Below the pieces are notes generated by a model, which was given only the letters and a program-made list of their open reading frames with translations, ran no database searches and was not told the origin of the DNA. A stretch of 37,472 nt of DNA from Octopus bimaculoides (Eukaryota). The stretch is taken from NCBI RefSeq assembly GCF_001194135.2, contig NC_068981.1, positions 114,271,241 through 114,308,712 of the forward strand. The letters run 5' to 3'. Below are positions 21,666 through 32,925 of this stretch, in pieces (position 1 is the first letter of the stretch; every line of letters starts with the position of its first letter). A program made the translations under genes and the position numbers.

Positions 21666-23087
21666 TGTTTGTTTGTATGTATGTATGTGCAGATTTGTAT
21701 GTTTTATGAAAGTATTCTCATGCATATAGTTGCATATCTAGACATGTCCATATGTATTGAAATGATAAACTTCTGGAAAGTTTCACAGATTTTTACAGTT
21801 CCATTGATGGATTAGCTTCCTCCTTTCTGGTTTTGAGTAGCCTAATGTCTCAAGATTGGTATTTAGGGAGGGCCCCAATAATTATAAGTATAAACCTGAA
21901 CTTGTAATCTGGATAGAGTAACTGCAGTTTTCTCATTAGTTCAGCATAGGTGTTCTCTTTTTCACTAATCATCATCTTTGTGTTAACATCTAATGGGAAG
22001 CTAATTTCCACAATTGTGCACAGTTTCTCTTCTCTATCAAAAATTATTATATCAGGGCTCTTGTGCTTACATTTTATTGAGATCTTCGTGCGGACATTCC
22101 ACTAATATTTCTTTTTATTATGAGTGACTGTGGCTTCTACCATACTGTGAGTTCTTATTTCTTTGACCTCAGGATTATCCGGCCGGTGAATTTCGTTATA
22201 GTGTCCTAGCTACAACGTCATGTCTCATCTATAGATGATACCACAATGACAACTGCTTATGATGTGGGTGATATCTTCAATTTGAACTCCACAAAGCCTG
22301 CATCGGTTGTGACATTTTGCTGCTTTTCCTACACCCCTGTCCCTTTTGTGCATCAGGTACTTGCTTGCTATTTCATGTTCCTGGATTGCAAACGTATTCC
22401 CTTCAAAGTGGGAGGTAGAAACACGGCTATTCGTCCATGAATAAAGTGCTTTGATGATCGATGTTACTATCATCATGGAGCTTTCTACTAACATATCCAT
22501 GCATAGTCTTCTGCTCGTATAGACTCATTCTTTCATCTGATGATAAATTGCAGTAGAGTCGAGTGACTTCTTTGGGCATGTATTCTAGATTATCAGACAA
22601 AGAGTGTTCTAAGTTTTATGATGTTATCAGCCTCATGCACGTAAGCTTGGTCAAGGGATGGACTTCTACACTTGGTGGTTAAAAGATGTTGCCAAAGGGA
22701 TATAAGACATTCAAAGGCATTTTGGATCGATGTTAAGCCTCTGCCACCTTGTTTTCGTTTTAGGTAGAAGCGGCCTACTTATTTTATCGATCCCGAAAGG
22801 ATGAAAGGCAAAGTCGACCTATATAGAATTAGAGCTCAGAACGTAAAAACGGACCAAATGTCATTGAGCATTTTGCTAGGTATGAGGAATGTTTATGAGG
22901 AAATTATGTGTGTTTGCTAGTATTTTTCGAGTTTTCACATCAATGGCTCGGATCTCATCAAGCGTCCAATCAAGCAGCCCAAATATTGGTATGAGTACTG
23001 GCACTGCAAACACATTGTGAGCCTCTGTTTTATTGAATGCAGAGAGTTCTGAGGTCCAAATTTTCTTTATTCGGTTGTAATATTTTT
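21637..23087 (-). mobile_element. R4/Dong-clade non-LTR retrotransposon, distinct subfamily, 5'-truncated, with (CATA)n tail
   Basis: Peptides: YYNRIKKIWTSELSAFNKTEAHNVFAVPVLIPIFGLLDW; YLKRKQGGRGL; EGNTFAIQEHEI...CRLCGVQIEDITHIISSC; RLE KHKSPDIIIFDREEKLCTIVEISFPLD; C-terminal GTVKICETFQKF-like. A short UTR runs into (CATA)n at 21637-21690. Confidence 0.88.
22776..22884 (-). mobile_element. 109-bp internal SINE family A fragment inserted in the R4 RT
   Basis: Identical to 25472-25580 and lacks a SINE head and tail. Confidence 0.95.
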
Positions 23088-24124
23088 GCAGGAAGAATCA
23101 GGAAACGTTGCTGGCTTATGCGCAGTACATATCTCCCATCTGTTATCTTGGAAGTTTTCCAGACAGACGATGATCTCTCCAACCCAGAATAATTAATTTT
23201 GTTGTACTACAGATTTCTATTATATCATTTACATCCTTAAGTAAATCAAATTAACATTCATATGTAGACATTCTTTAGAACACAAATATCATCTATAAGT
23301 AATCTACACACATCCATGATCAAAATTTTAACAACCAACTCCAATAAAGAAATAATAACGCTATATTTATCAATGACATCAAAATATGATTACTACTCAA
23401 ATTGACATCAAATCGACGTCAAATCACACATAAAGCTCTTTAACTGAAACGTCCAAAATTTCGATAATTGCGAAGTTCGGCCTCGCAAAGTTTGACCTTT
23501 TTCAAAGTGACAAATTATGGAATTTACAAGGAAGACTTCTATTCAAGGTTTAAGACAATTTTAGTATGAACATATTTTTATGGCCCACAAAGAAGAAATG
23601 TACACTGTATTACAGAACTGTCAATATAAGAACAATGCAGTTTTAAATGAATATTTCAGACTGCATTTCATGTTACTTTCTACCGTACAACCAACACTAG
23701 TTCACATACTATATTTCTCATTTATCCTCTACAGCTGATACACGCATAGATCATGCTCCCTTAAATAACAATTACAATTTTCATCACCCCATATGATATA
23801 TCCACCTCTTTATTATTTGTTATTTCACATCAAAACCTGGCACAAAAGATTCTTCCCTGTCTTTTATCATGAAATATTTGAAACTGAGTGAAGAGGATCT
23901 ATCTAAGTCATATCTCCATTATCTGTTAAAGATACAGGATATATGTTATTTGTATAGAAATCGATTGTTCCCCTTGGAGTTGTATCTGTTAGAACAACCT
24001 TTCAATAATGTCAAGCATATTGAAGGAATAGATGCTCAAAAAGCGTAGAACCATAACATTTTTAAAGCGTTCTACATCATGCAGAAATTTGCAAGTAATA
24101 TTGTGAAATAGATTCATTGATTAC

Positions 24125-24170
24125 TTGTTAACAGCTTATAATTATTTGTTAACAGCTTATAATTATTTGT
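24125..24170. repeat. 21-bp tandem duplication (TTGTTAACAGCTTATAATTAT x2.2)
   Basis: Seen directly. Confidence 0.9.
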
Positions 24171-25164
24171 AAATAATTATTTGTTCCTTAACTTCGTTCC
24201 ATGATTCATTTCTGAAGTTTATTTTTTCAGGAATATATGTATTGTAATTCTAACGATTGCTGTGAATGCTACAAACAATTAAATCATACTTTGTCAACAA
24301 TTTTCTTATTTATTATTAATTAATATAATTTTTAATAATCCAATCAGATATTTGGTTTTGGTTGACGCTGTTAGCTGGATAGCACTTCATCTATGTATGA
24401 ATGAAATTTTTGACCAGTCTCCTTGAATACTGTCCTTCTCTGAACCATTTAATTTGGACATAGTGTATTTCCATTCCTTCCTTTAATATTAAACCGTTTT
24501 CATTAGAGCTAGAAAGTACAATCATGTTCTAAGGCATCGAATAAAAATGATTTATATTATAACTAAAAATTGCATTCCACTTATTGTTAATGAGATCATT
24601 CAGTACAGTTCCGTTCGTGTGTCTCTCCATTTCGGGTGGAAATCTCAATTACTTGTTAATGCGCAGTTAGCTTTCCTTTCTATCATTTTCTTATATAAAC
24701 ATGGACATACATGCTCAGGCACATGTATTCCCCTCATAGAAACATTTATTTCCTAGTCTAGTTATTGAACAAATCAACTGTAAAATGTTGAATTGTCTTG
24801 TTAAAGGGTGATTCAATATATTATTTATCTTCGAATTTTCGTTTCTTTAATTTATATTTAACTACATATCTTACATTAAGCAGTCCGTGTGAGTTTCTCT
24901 TACTTGCAGGCTTCTTTCATTTGTCATATAATCCCCCATCATTTTTTTTTACTGTTTTTGCTGTGGCTTTATTAATGTGACTAATATTCATTTCTTACGT
25001 TACCACGTGACCGGAAATTTGGAAGAGAGAACACAGTCGGTATTTTCGATGGCTGTTCTTGACTGGTACTTTATGTTGGACAAAATTGGGCTCGGTAACT
25101 TTTTAACATAATTATTTTACCACTTTCACTCATTTGTCACTCATATTAATCTGACTAATAATAT

Positions 25165-25376
25165 TGTTTTCAAATTTTGGCAATTTTCAAATGCTGGCAA
25201 TTTTAGGGTAGGAGTTAAGTCGATTAAATTGACTCAGACTTCAACTGGTACTTATTTTATCGATCCGGGAAGGATGAAAGGCAAAGTCGACTTCGGCAGA
25301 ATTTGAACTCAGAACCTAAAGACGGACAAAATGCTGCTAAACATTTTTGCGGGGTGCTCGGATTCTACCGCCTTAA
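25165..25376 (-). mobile_element. SINE family A
   Basis: GGATGAAAGGCAAAGTCGACTTCGGCAGAATTTGAACTCAGAA core, with a TTTTCAAATTTTGGCA-type tail. Confidence 0.85.
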
Positions 25377-25394
25377 TCTAATTAATAACAGTTT

Positions 25395-25607
25395 TTTTTT
25401 TAAAATTGGTACAAGGCCAACAATTTCGAGGAAGGGATAAGTCAATTACATCGACACCAGTGTTCAGCTGGTACTTATTTTATCGATCCCGAAAGGATGA
25501 AAGGCAAAGTCGACCTATATAGAATTAGAGCTCAGAACGTAAAAACGGACCAAATGTCATTGAGCATTTTGCTAGGTATGTTAACGATTCTGCCTGCTCG
25601 CCGCCTT
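25395..25607 (-). mobile_element. SINE family A, full length; likely donor of the 22776 insert
   Basis: Head GATTCTGCCTGCTCGCCGCCTTA, core and tail are present. Confidence 0.9.
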
Positions 25608-25637
25608 AATCTGCTTAATAATATTACTAGCACACCA

Positions 25638-25832
25638 AGGCGGCGAGCTGGCTGAATTGTTAGCACGCAGGGCAAAATGCTTAGCGGCATTTCGTCCGTT
25701 TTTACATTCTGAGTTCAAATTCCGCCGAGGTCGACTTTACCTTTCATCCTTTCGCGGCATTAAGTACCAGTTGACTTACCCTTCCCCACTGAACTTGGTG
25801 GCCTTGTGCCAAAATTTGAAACCAACATTACT
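25638..25832 (+). mobile_element. SINE family A, head-to-head with the previous copy
   Basis: GGCGGCGAGCTGGCTGAATTG head, GAGTTCAAATTCCGCCGAGGTCGAC core, CCTTGTGCCAAAATTTGAAACC tail. Confidence 0.9.
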
Positions 25833-26569
25833 TAGAAATTTCCCCAAATGACTGAAACAAAAGAATAAAAAGATATGATTGTGCACTTCTTTTTCTTGAA
25901 TCTATCCAAAATAAATTAAAATGAATATGATTAATATCTTTAACTTGAATTTTTCAGTAACACGATCGAAATAAACTGAAGTGAATTGGTACTTGGAGTT
26001 AGAAAACTGGATCAAATTCAAAGATTATCAGTTTAACAAATATTGAAATAAGAAATAATACACCAACTATCGGGAGAGAAATATTATCAGTTTACTGTTA
26101 GGGTCTCTCCATTTCCCAGCAGTGTTAATTTTAGAATGCTTTTAAAAGATACAGATTGATGACAGCAATTGATATGAACCGTGTAAACATCTGAGAAATT
26201 ACATATTCCAAAATGCATCTGGTTCTAACCAAACAATTAACTTACATATCAAATAATAAACGTTTGAAAAGAACGTATAAATGTTGAATAATAGAAGGAA
26301 GTAGTGAATTGCTCCAAAAAATAATCATTCCCAAAACAGATACAATTAATGAGAGATGAGATAGTCCATAAAATTGACTCTAGAACTTGAATGATACTTT
26401 AATGTATTCACTCAGGAGCGATGAAAGAAAAATTAACTGCCGTGGGATTAAACTCAGAATATAAAGGGATAGAAAGAAATAAAGTAATGCAATAATTTTG
26501 ATCCTCAATTAATTCAACGAATCCTCAACCGTTAACAATCCATTAATTATGCTATAACTACTAATAGTT

Positions 26570-26707
26570 TTTGTTTCTACTATAGGCACAAAATCTGGGA
26601 TTTAAGGGAGTGTTAGTCGATTAAATCGTCTCAGTACTTGACCAATACTATATTCTATCGTCCCCGGAGGAATGAAAAGCAGTGTTGACCTCAGTGTGAT
26701 TTGAACT
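26570..26707 (-). mobile_element. SINE family A, 5'-truncated and degenerate
   Basis: TTTCTACTATAGGCACAA tail, AGTCGATTAAATCG, and GGAATGAAAAGCAGTGTTGACCTCAGTGTGATTTGAACTCA. Confidence 0.7.
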
Positions 26708-26829
26708 CATTGCACATCACCAATCAGTTCTTCAACGACAAGCACCAACCTCTTTGCTACAACCTTGGCCAAAATTTTGCAATCTGCATTGAGATGCGTT
26801 ATAAGCCTAAACTTTTCTATTCAATTCCT

Positions 26830-27640
26830 TTGTTTGGGTCCTTTCTCTCGACCCACAGAACTAGGAAGTCTCCCGTTCTGTTACCTCTTTTGGTAGATAT
26901 CTGCTAAGAGGCTACCAAACAAGTCCTGCATGTAAAAGTAAAACTCGTAGGACAGACCATCTAAGCCAGGCGATTCACTCCCATCGGATCTCGTATTACC
27001 ACGCTGATATCGACATTTCGCAGCGATCCACCCACTTTGTCGAGAGATATCTTATGCTGTGGAGGTTTGCACCGAAGTCCATCCTGAGTCCCGGACTGTA
27101 ATTCGCTCCAGACACTTGGACGAAGTGCTGCTGAAATGCCGCACACATCTGCTCGGGCTCGAATATTGTGCGCCCATTTTGGTTCACCAATGACTGAATT
27201 GTGGTTTTGTTGTCACGTTGTTCCTCTGCTACTTGGGCCGATCGAGCAGCTATCGTTGTCTCGTTTCTTGGAGTACTCAGAGTCAATCTCAGGCCATCGT
27301 CTTTCATACTCTCAACTGACCGTCTCTAGAGATTTTGAGTTGTTTTCATCCTAACAGCTTTTCCGGTTGGAACATGCCGAACGCCTAACCGTGTCTACGC
27401 TTGAGTTATGACTGTAGTTCGGTCAAGGAGACGAGCTGCGGAAAGATATATCGCATAAATGACATCCTCAACTTTGTCATCGTTGTCGACACCATAGTAG
27501 TAATCTCGATATTTTTCAGGTACATCAGCCTCAGCGCATGCCAGCGCTTGATCAAGGACGGCATCCCGAGTCCACCACGGATGGATTTCATAGCCAACGG
27601 GACCTGACCCTTCCCTAGAAAAAAGAAAAGCGATCGTTCC
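26830..27640 (-). mobile_element. L1/Tx1-like LINE ORF2 remnants
   Basis: TTIQSLVNQNGRTIFEPEQMCAAFQQHF (post-EN region); SPGLDGLSYEFYFYMQDLFGSLLADIY...KDPNKG (pre-RT); LFFFLGKGQVPL...GGLGMPSL..RWHALRL (post-RT thumb). Confidence 0.75.
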
Positions 27641-27852
27641 AATCTGATCAGAAGTTTCTTGGGATAGGAAGTAATATATATGCATTAGCTACTTCTGCCG
27701 GGACTTTCACAATGTATGGACTAGGATCAAGTAATAACTGCAAAAATAATACGTCCTTCATGTAAAGGAGCAAGAATCAGATACTACTCTTCGAACAGAG
27801 TAATCGTTTCAAAACAAGTAATGTTTTGGTTTTATTATAGCATGGGTATATA

Positions 27853-28062
27853 CTGGTTTCAAATTTTGGCACAATGCCAGTAATTTCGGGGGAGGAGATA
27901 AATCGATTACATCGACTCTAGCAATCAACTGATACCTATTTCATCGATCACGAAAGGATGAAAGCTAAAATCGACTTCAGTGGAATTTGAACTCAGAACG
28001 TAAAGACGGACTAAATGCCGTTATGCATTTTGCCTGACACCCTAATGATTTTGCCAGTTCAC
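27853..28062 (-). mobile_element. SINE family A
   Basis: GGTTTCAAATTTTGGCACAA tail, GGATGAAAGCTAAAATCGACTTCAGTGGAATTTGAACTCAGAACG core, GATTTTGCCAGTTCACC head. Confidence 0.85.
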
Positions 28063-28084
28063 CAAATTCAGCATAGATATAAAT

Positions 28085-28220
28085 TCTTTTCTACTCTAGG
28101 CACAAGGCCCGAAATTTTGAGGGAAGGGGCCACTCGTTTAGATCGATCCCAGTACGCAAGTAGTACTCAATTCATAGACCCCCGAAAAGATGAAAGGCAA
28201 AGTCAACCTCGGACGAATTA
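28085..28220 (-). mobile_element. SINE family A, 5'-truncated
   Basis: TTCTACTCTAGGCACAAGG tail and GATGAAAGGCAAAGTCAACCTCGG core. Confidence 0.8.
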
Positions 28221-28324
28221 GCATGGATATTTATTGACACCAGACGAGAGAACATATAGCATTCCTATGCTCCCTCAACAATAGAGTATTTACAATTTAC
28301 ATAATCTATTGATATTATAATATT

Positions 28325-28500
28325 CAGAGAACGCCGAGCAAAATGCTGAGCGGCATTTCTGAGTTCATATTCCGCCGAAGTCAACTTTGTCTTATCCACT
28401 CGGTGGTAGATAAGTACTAGTTGAGCACTGGAGTCGGCGTAACTGAATACCCTCATCCCCGAAAATTTAAGGCCTCGTGCCTATGATAGAAAGTAATATT
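28325..28500 (+). mobile_element. SINE family A, degenerate
   Basis: AAAATGCTGAGCGGCATTTCTGAGTTCATATTCCGCCGAAGTC...GTGCCTATGATAGAAAG. Confidence 0.75.
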
Positions 28501-29189
28501 ATGCTATTCACATAAATTAATCAAAAGCTAATGCAGAAAAAACTACAAGGAGAGCAAGAGAAAATGGAATCAGTTAAGCAGTGGAAAGTGTCAAGTCGAA
28601 ATCACTTAAAACAGCTAATGAACACAGTTGGTATGTATCAATTTCTTGTAATCGTAACAGGTTGTGTTGCAAGGCATTTAATCCAACCCTCATCATTTCT
28701 CTCGCCACGCTGCTCTTTTATATTTGATATATATCGTCAGAAGATTCCATCTGAAACATCCTTCTAATGTATGGACGCAGAAAGAACATCAAGAATGCGA
28801 TATCATTTATAGAATATTTTTAACAACCATAAAATAGGATGTTAAAATTCGTGTATTTAAATAATGGGCGGCTGTTGAGAAATCCAATTCGAAAACAATG
28901 TGCCACAAATAATATTTGCAAAGTAACAGTGGGAATTGATTTAAAATTGATAATTGAGGCATACTATGCGGAATCCCCTTAGAAATGTATTGTTATTAAG
29001 AAAATGATTAATAATATAACCTTTACGATTCGTGTTACAAGAATAATATGGAAATGTAATATATTCACGCGTCGTTGTATTTGAATGTCAAGGTTCATAT
29101 ATTCTTAATAAACACAAGCATATCCATGCATGCGTGCGTGTGAGTGGCGTGTATATGCGTGCGTTTGTGTCTGTATGAGTACGAGTTTC

Positions 29190-29415
29190 TTTTATGTATG
29201 TATGTATGTATGTATGTATGTATGTCTTAAATGGAAAAAAAATGAAACGAAACAATACTCAGTACAATGAAGTCGGTAAGGACAATGTGGTGTTTTTGAC
29301 GTTTTAGCGTGATACAAACATAAATACACAAATTCTTACATCCATGTATACATCCATGTATACGTTTATACACACACACAGACACACATGTATGCATACA
29401 CATATACATCTAAAG

Positions 29416-29454
<39 letters not shown>

Positions 29455-29910
29455 TATGTATAAATATACTCATACATATATTCATATNNNNNNNNNNNNN
29501 NNNNNNNNNNNNNNNNNNNNNNNNNNNNNNNNNNNNNNNNNNNNNNNNNNNNNNNNNNNNNNNNNNNNNNNNNNNNNNNNNNNNNNNNNNATATATATAT
29601 ATATATATATAAATACTTAAATATGTATTTATGCATGAATATGTAAATTACATAATTGTATACATAAGTACATAAAATGTAAATAAACACACACACACAC
29701 TTATGTGGAAATAAGAATATGTATATATATGAATGTATAAATATATATGGACACACATATGCATGTATGTACATGTACATGTATAAATATATGTATATAT
29801 AGTATATGTGTGTGTGTATACATACATATATACATACATACACGTACATACATATATACATACATACATACACATATAATCATGCATATATACATGCATA
29901 CATATGTATG
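29190..29910. repeat. Low-complexity (TATG)n/(AC)n/(AT)n region containing a gap at 29488-29590
   Basis: Seen directly. Confidence 0.9.
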
Positions 29911-30324
29911 AGTTTGTGCAAAAATAGGGAACAGGTTTTCTTTCAAACACGCTATATTAAAAACGTCCAATTTTGTGTTTTATATTAATTATGTTTCTTT
30001 TTACCTTATTATCCATTCATGTTTGTTTTGGAATAAAAATGTTTTCTCAAGACTTCTGCTGTTTCAAGACTTTTACAAATGCATTACAAAGTACAACGAT
30101 GTATTATATCTAATTATAATGCAGGACGCAACATAAAGTTGGATTGAAAACAGCACTGCAATATTATAAAATGAAAACCATGAGAAAAACAACTATGTAT
30201 CAGTGAAATACAAACCTAAGTTAGAAATATTCTTTCTCTTTTAGTTAGGGAAGAAGGCAGTCCAATTATTTTCAAAGAGTCACCGAGATTGGTGGAAGAG
30301 TGGAAGATATCCTCAAACCGGAGG

Positions 30325-30520
30325 ACTTGAATTCCGATCCGAACAAATATCACTAGGCATTCGGTACGATGTTCTTACAATTACGCCAGTTCAGCGCCAT
30401 AGATTGGTCCCCTTTTTATCGACTCCGAAAAGATGAAAAGCAAATTTAACCTCAGAGCGCAAGGATTCGGAATAAATGACGCAATGCATTTTATCTGACA
30501 TTCGAAGGACTCTACCAGTT
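30325..30520 (-). mobile_element. Degenerate SINE remnants (tRNA-like head 30325-30398; family A core 30400-30520)
   Basis: GGACTTGAATTCC...GCCAGTTCAGCGCC and TTTTATCGACTCCGAAAAGATGAAAAGCAAA. Confidence 0.5.
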
Positions 30521-31384
30521 TGCAGCCAATAGATACATCACCTGTTCAATAAAATATAATATCAGGAAATCTACCATGATTTACCACCATATAGCATCAT
30601 CTTCCAACAAAGGAACAAGCGTAAAATCTCAAAGAAATTTCCCAACATCAAACACTGGCTTCTTATTGACAACATCATGGCCAAGTGGGGAGATGTGAAA
30701 GACATTCTACTCATCTGGAAGCTGAGATCATTGCGTGATAGTAACAAAGTTTGGTTTGCATGATTGCTCCCTACAACACTTAAAATCACCAACTATAAAG
30801 AGACTTTATTACTGCAATCTCGATACTCCTGATATTTACAAAGATTTTAGTCACCCTTTCCTTTCAAATCGAAATCTTCAGAAACACATCAGGTTTTGGC
30901 CAGTGTAGGTCCAAGCCATGTCTATCTTAATAGCACCACCTGGTGAAGTCTTTTAGATCGTGATTCACACCTCAGTCAATATGGAACTTCTTTGCCTACT
31001 CAAGCAAAGAGTTATTTATATTGGAGACATGTCAGGGTGTAGGAGGTTTTTTGAAGAAATTTGTCCAGAGAACTTTTGAATTTTATGGGATCTGTTTCTG
31101 TTTTGATGTATTTTGGTACAATATTAAAGAGATCTGGACAGGTTGAGGTAAAGTAGTTGTGCCGTAATGTTGTTAAGTGTCTTGAGTTTGATTTTTGTAG
31201 TGGCCGTATAGCACGGGGGCCAAGTTCTGGGTAGCTTCTAAAATTGATGCCAACATCATTTGCGCAATATTGATGGAATATTTTCCACATCACACAAATG
31301 GAATCGTGCTCACGGTGGCGCTGGAGAGAGTAGAGATTGAGTTTTTTTAGTCGACCGCAGTAGTCAATGCCTGTCACTATAGGG

Positions 31385-31526
31385 GCAGGAGTTGATGTGT
31401 GGTAAAAAGCTTGCTTCCCAACCACATGGTTCCGGGTTCAGTCCCACTGCATGACACCTATATCCTCAGGCCGACCAAAGCCTTGTGAGTGGATTTGGTA
31501 GACGGAAACTGAAAGAAGCCCGTCGT
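31385..31526 (+). mobile_element. SINE family B, internally deleted, nested in the CR1
   Basis: GCAGGAGTTGATGTGTGGTAAAAAGCTTGCTTCCCAACCACATGGTTCCGGGTTCAGTCCC...GGCCGACCAAAGCCTTGTGAGTGGATTTGGTAGACGGAAACTGAAAGAAGCCCGTCG. Confidence 0.85.
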
Positions 31527-31557
31527 ATATATATTTATATATATATATATATAAATA

Positions 31558-31605
<48 letters not shown>

Positions 31606-31637
31606 AATATATAGAGAGAGAGATATTTATATATATA

Positions 31638-32565
31638 NNNNNNNNNNNNNNNNNNNNNNNNNNNNNNNNNNNNNNNNNNNNNNNNNNNNNNNNNNNNNNN
31701 NNNNNNNNNNNNNNNNNNNNNNNNNNNNNNNNNNNNNNNNNNNNNNNNNNNNNNNNNNNNNNNNNNNNNNNNNNNNNNNNNNNNNNNNNNNNNNNNNNNN
31801 NNNNNNNNNNNNNNNNNNNNNNNNNNNNNNNNNNNNNNNNNNNNNNNNNNNNNNNNNNNNNNNNNNNNNNNNNNNNNNNNNNNNNNNNNNNNNNNNNNNN
31901 NNNNNNNNNNNNNNNNNNNNNNNNNNNNNNNNNNNNNNNNNNNNNNNNNNNNNNNNNNNNNNNNNNNNNNNNNNNNNNNNNNNNNNNNNNNNNNNNNNNN
32001 NNNNNNNNNNNNNNNNNNNNNNNNNNNNNNNNNNNNNNNNNNNNNNNNNNNNNNNNNNNNNNNNNNNNNNNNNNNNNNNNNNNNNNNNNNNNNNNNNNNN
32101 NNNNNNNNNNNNNNNNNNNNNNNNNNNNNNNNNNNNNNNNNNNNNNNNNNNNNNNNNNNNNNNNNNNNNNNNNNNNNNNNNNNNNNNNNNNNNNNNNNNN
32201 NNNNNNNNNNNNNNNNNNNNNNNNNNNNNNNNNNNNNNNNNNNNNNNNNNNNNNNNNNNNNNNNNNNNNNNNNNNNNNNNNNNNNNNNNNNNNNNNNNNN
32301 NNNNNNNNNNNNNNNNNNNNNNNNNNNNNNNNNNNNNNNNNNNNNNNNNNNNNNNNNNNNNNNNNNNNNNNNNNNNNNNNNNNNNNNNNNNNNNNNNNNN
32401 NNNNNNNNNNNNNNNNNNNNNNNNNNNNNNNNNNNNNNNNNNNNNNNNNNNNNNNNNNNNNNNNNNNNNNNNNNNNNNNNNNNNNNNNNNNNNNNNNNNN
32501 NNNNNNNNNNNNNNNNNNNNNNNNNNNNNNNNNNNNNNNNNNNNNNNNNNNNNNNNNNNNNNNNN
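31638..32565. other. Assembly gap (N run)
   Basis: N characters. Confidence 1.
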
Positions 32566-32925
32566 ATACCTATTGTCATAGGTGCCCTGGGAATGACAGC
32601 GAAAGGGGCTGATTACTACTTAGCTCAGATACCAGGAAACCCCAAAATGGCTGAAGTTCAAAAGATAGTGCTCATGGGAACTGCCCATATACTACGTAAA
32701 ATACTGTCTATGTGATCTCAAATTTTAAAACAAACACATAATTTTCTTATGGTTTCTTAAACATTCTCTAGAACAACACTGTGTACAAATCCAAATATAT
32801 GGTACCCTAGGCATAACACCTACATGAACTTCTAACTTGTTGTCTCTTGAGGTCTCTGGGTGAGACTTGGATCCAACTTGTACAAATGCAAAACAAAAGT
32901 CAAACATAAAATAATAATAATAAAA
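32566..32925 (+). mobile_element. R4/Dong-clade 3'-end fragment nested in the CR1
   Basis: 32566-32715 reads IPIVIGALGMTAKGADYYLAQIPGNPKMAEVQKIVLMGTAHILRKILSM*. A 3'UTR and a short (AAT)n tail follow. Confidence 0.9.

Noticed and set aside
23092-23192. Plus-strand frame RIRKRCWLMRSTYLPSVILEVFQTDDDLSNPE* after TTTTTGCAG
   Set aside because: The acceptor tract comes from the antisense R4 edge and the peptide is unrecognised.
30557-30792. Open frames on both strands near 30.6-30.8 kb
   Set aside because: Neither peptide is recognisable and splice phases do not link to other candidates.
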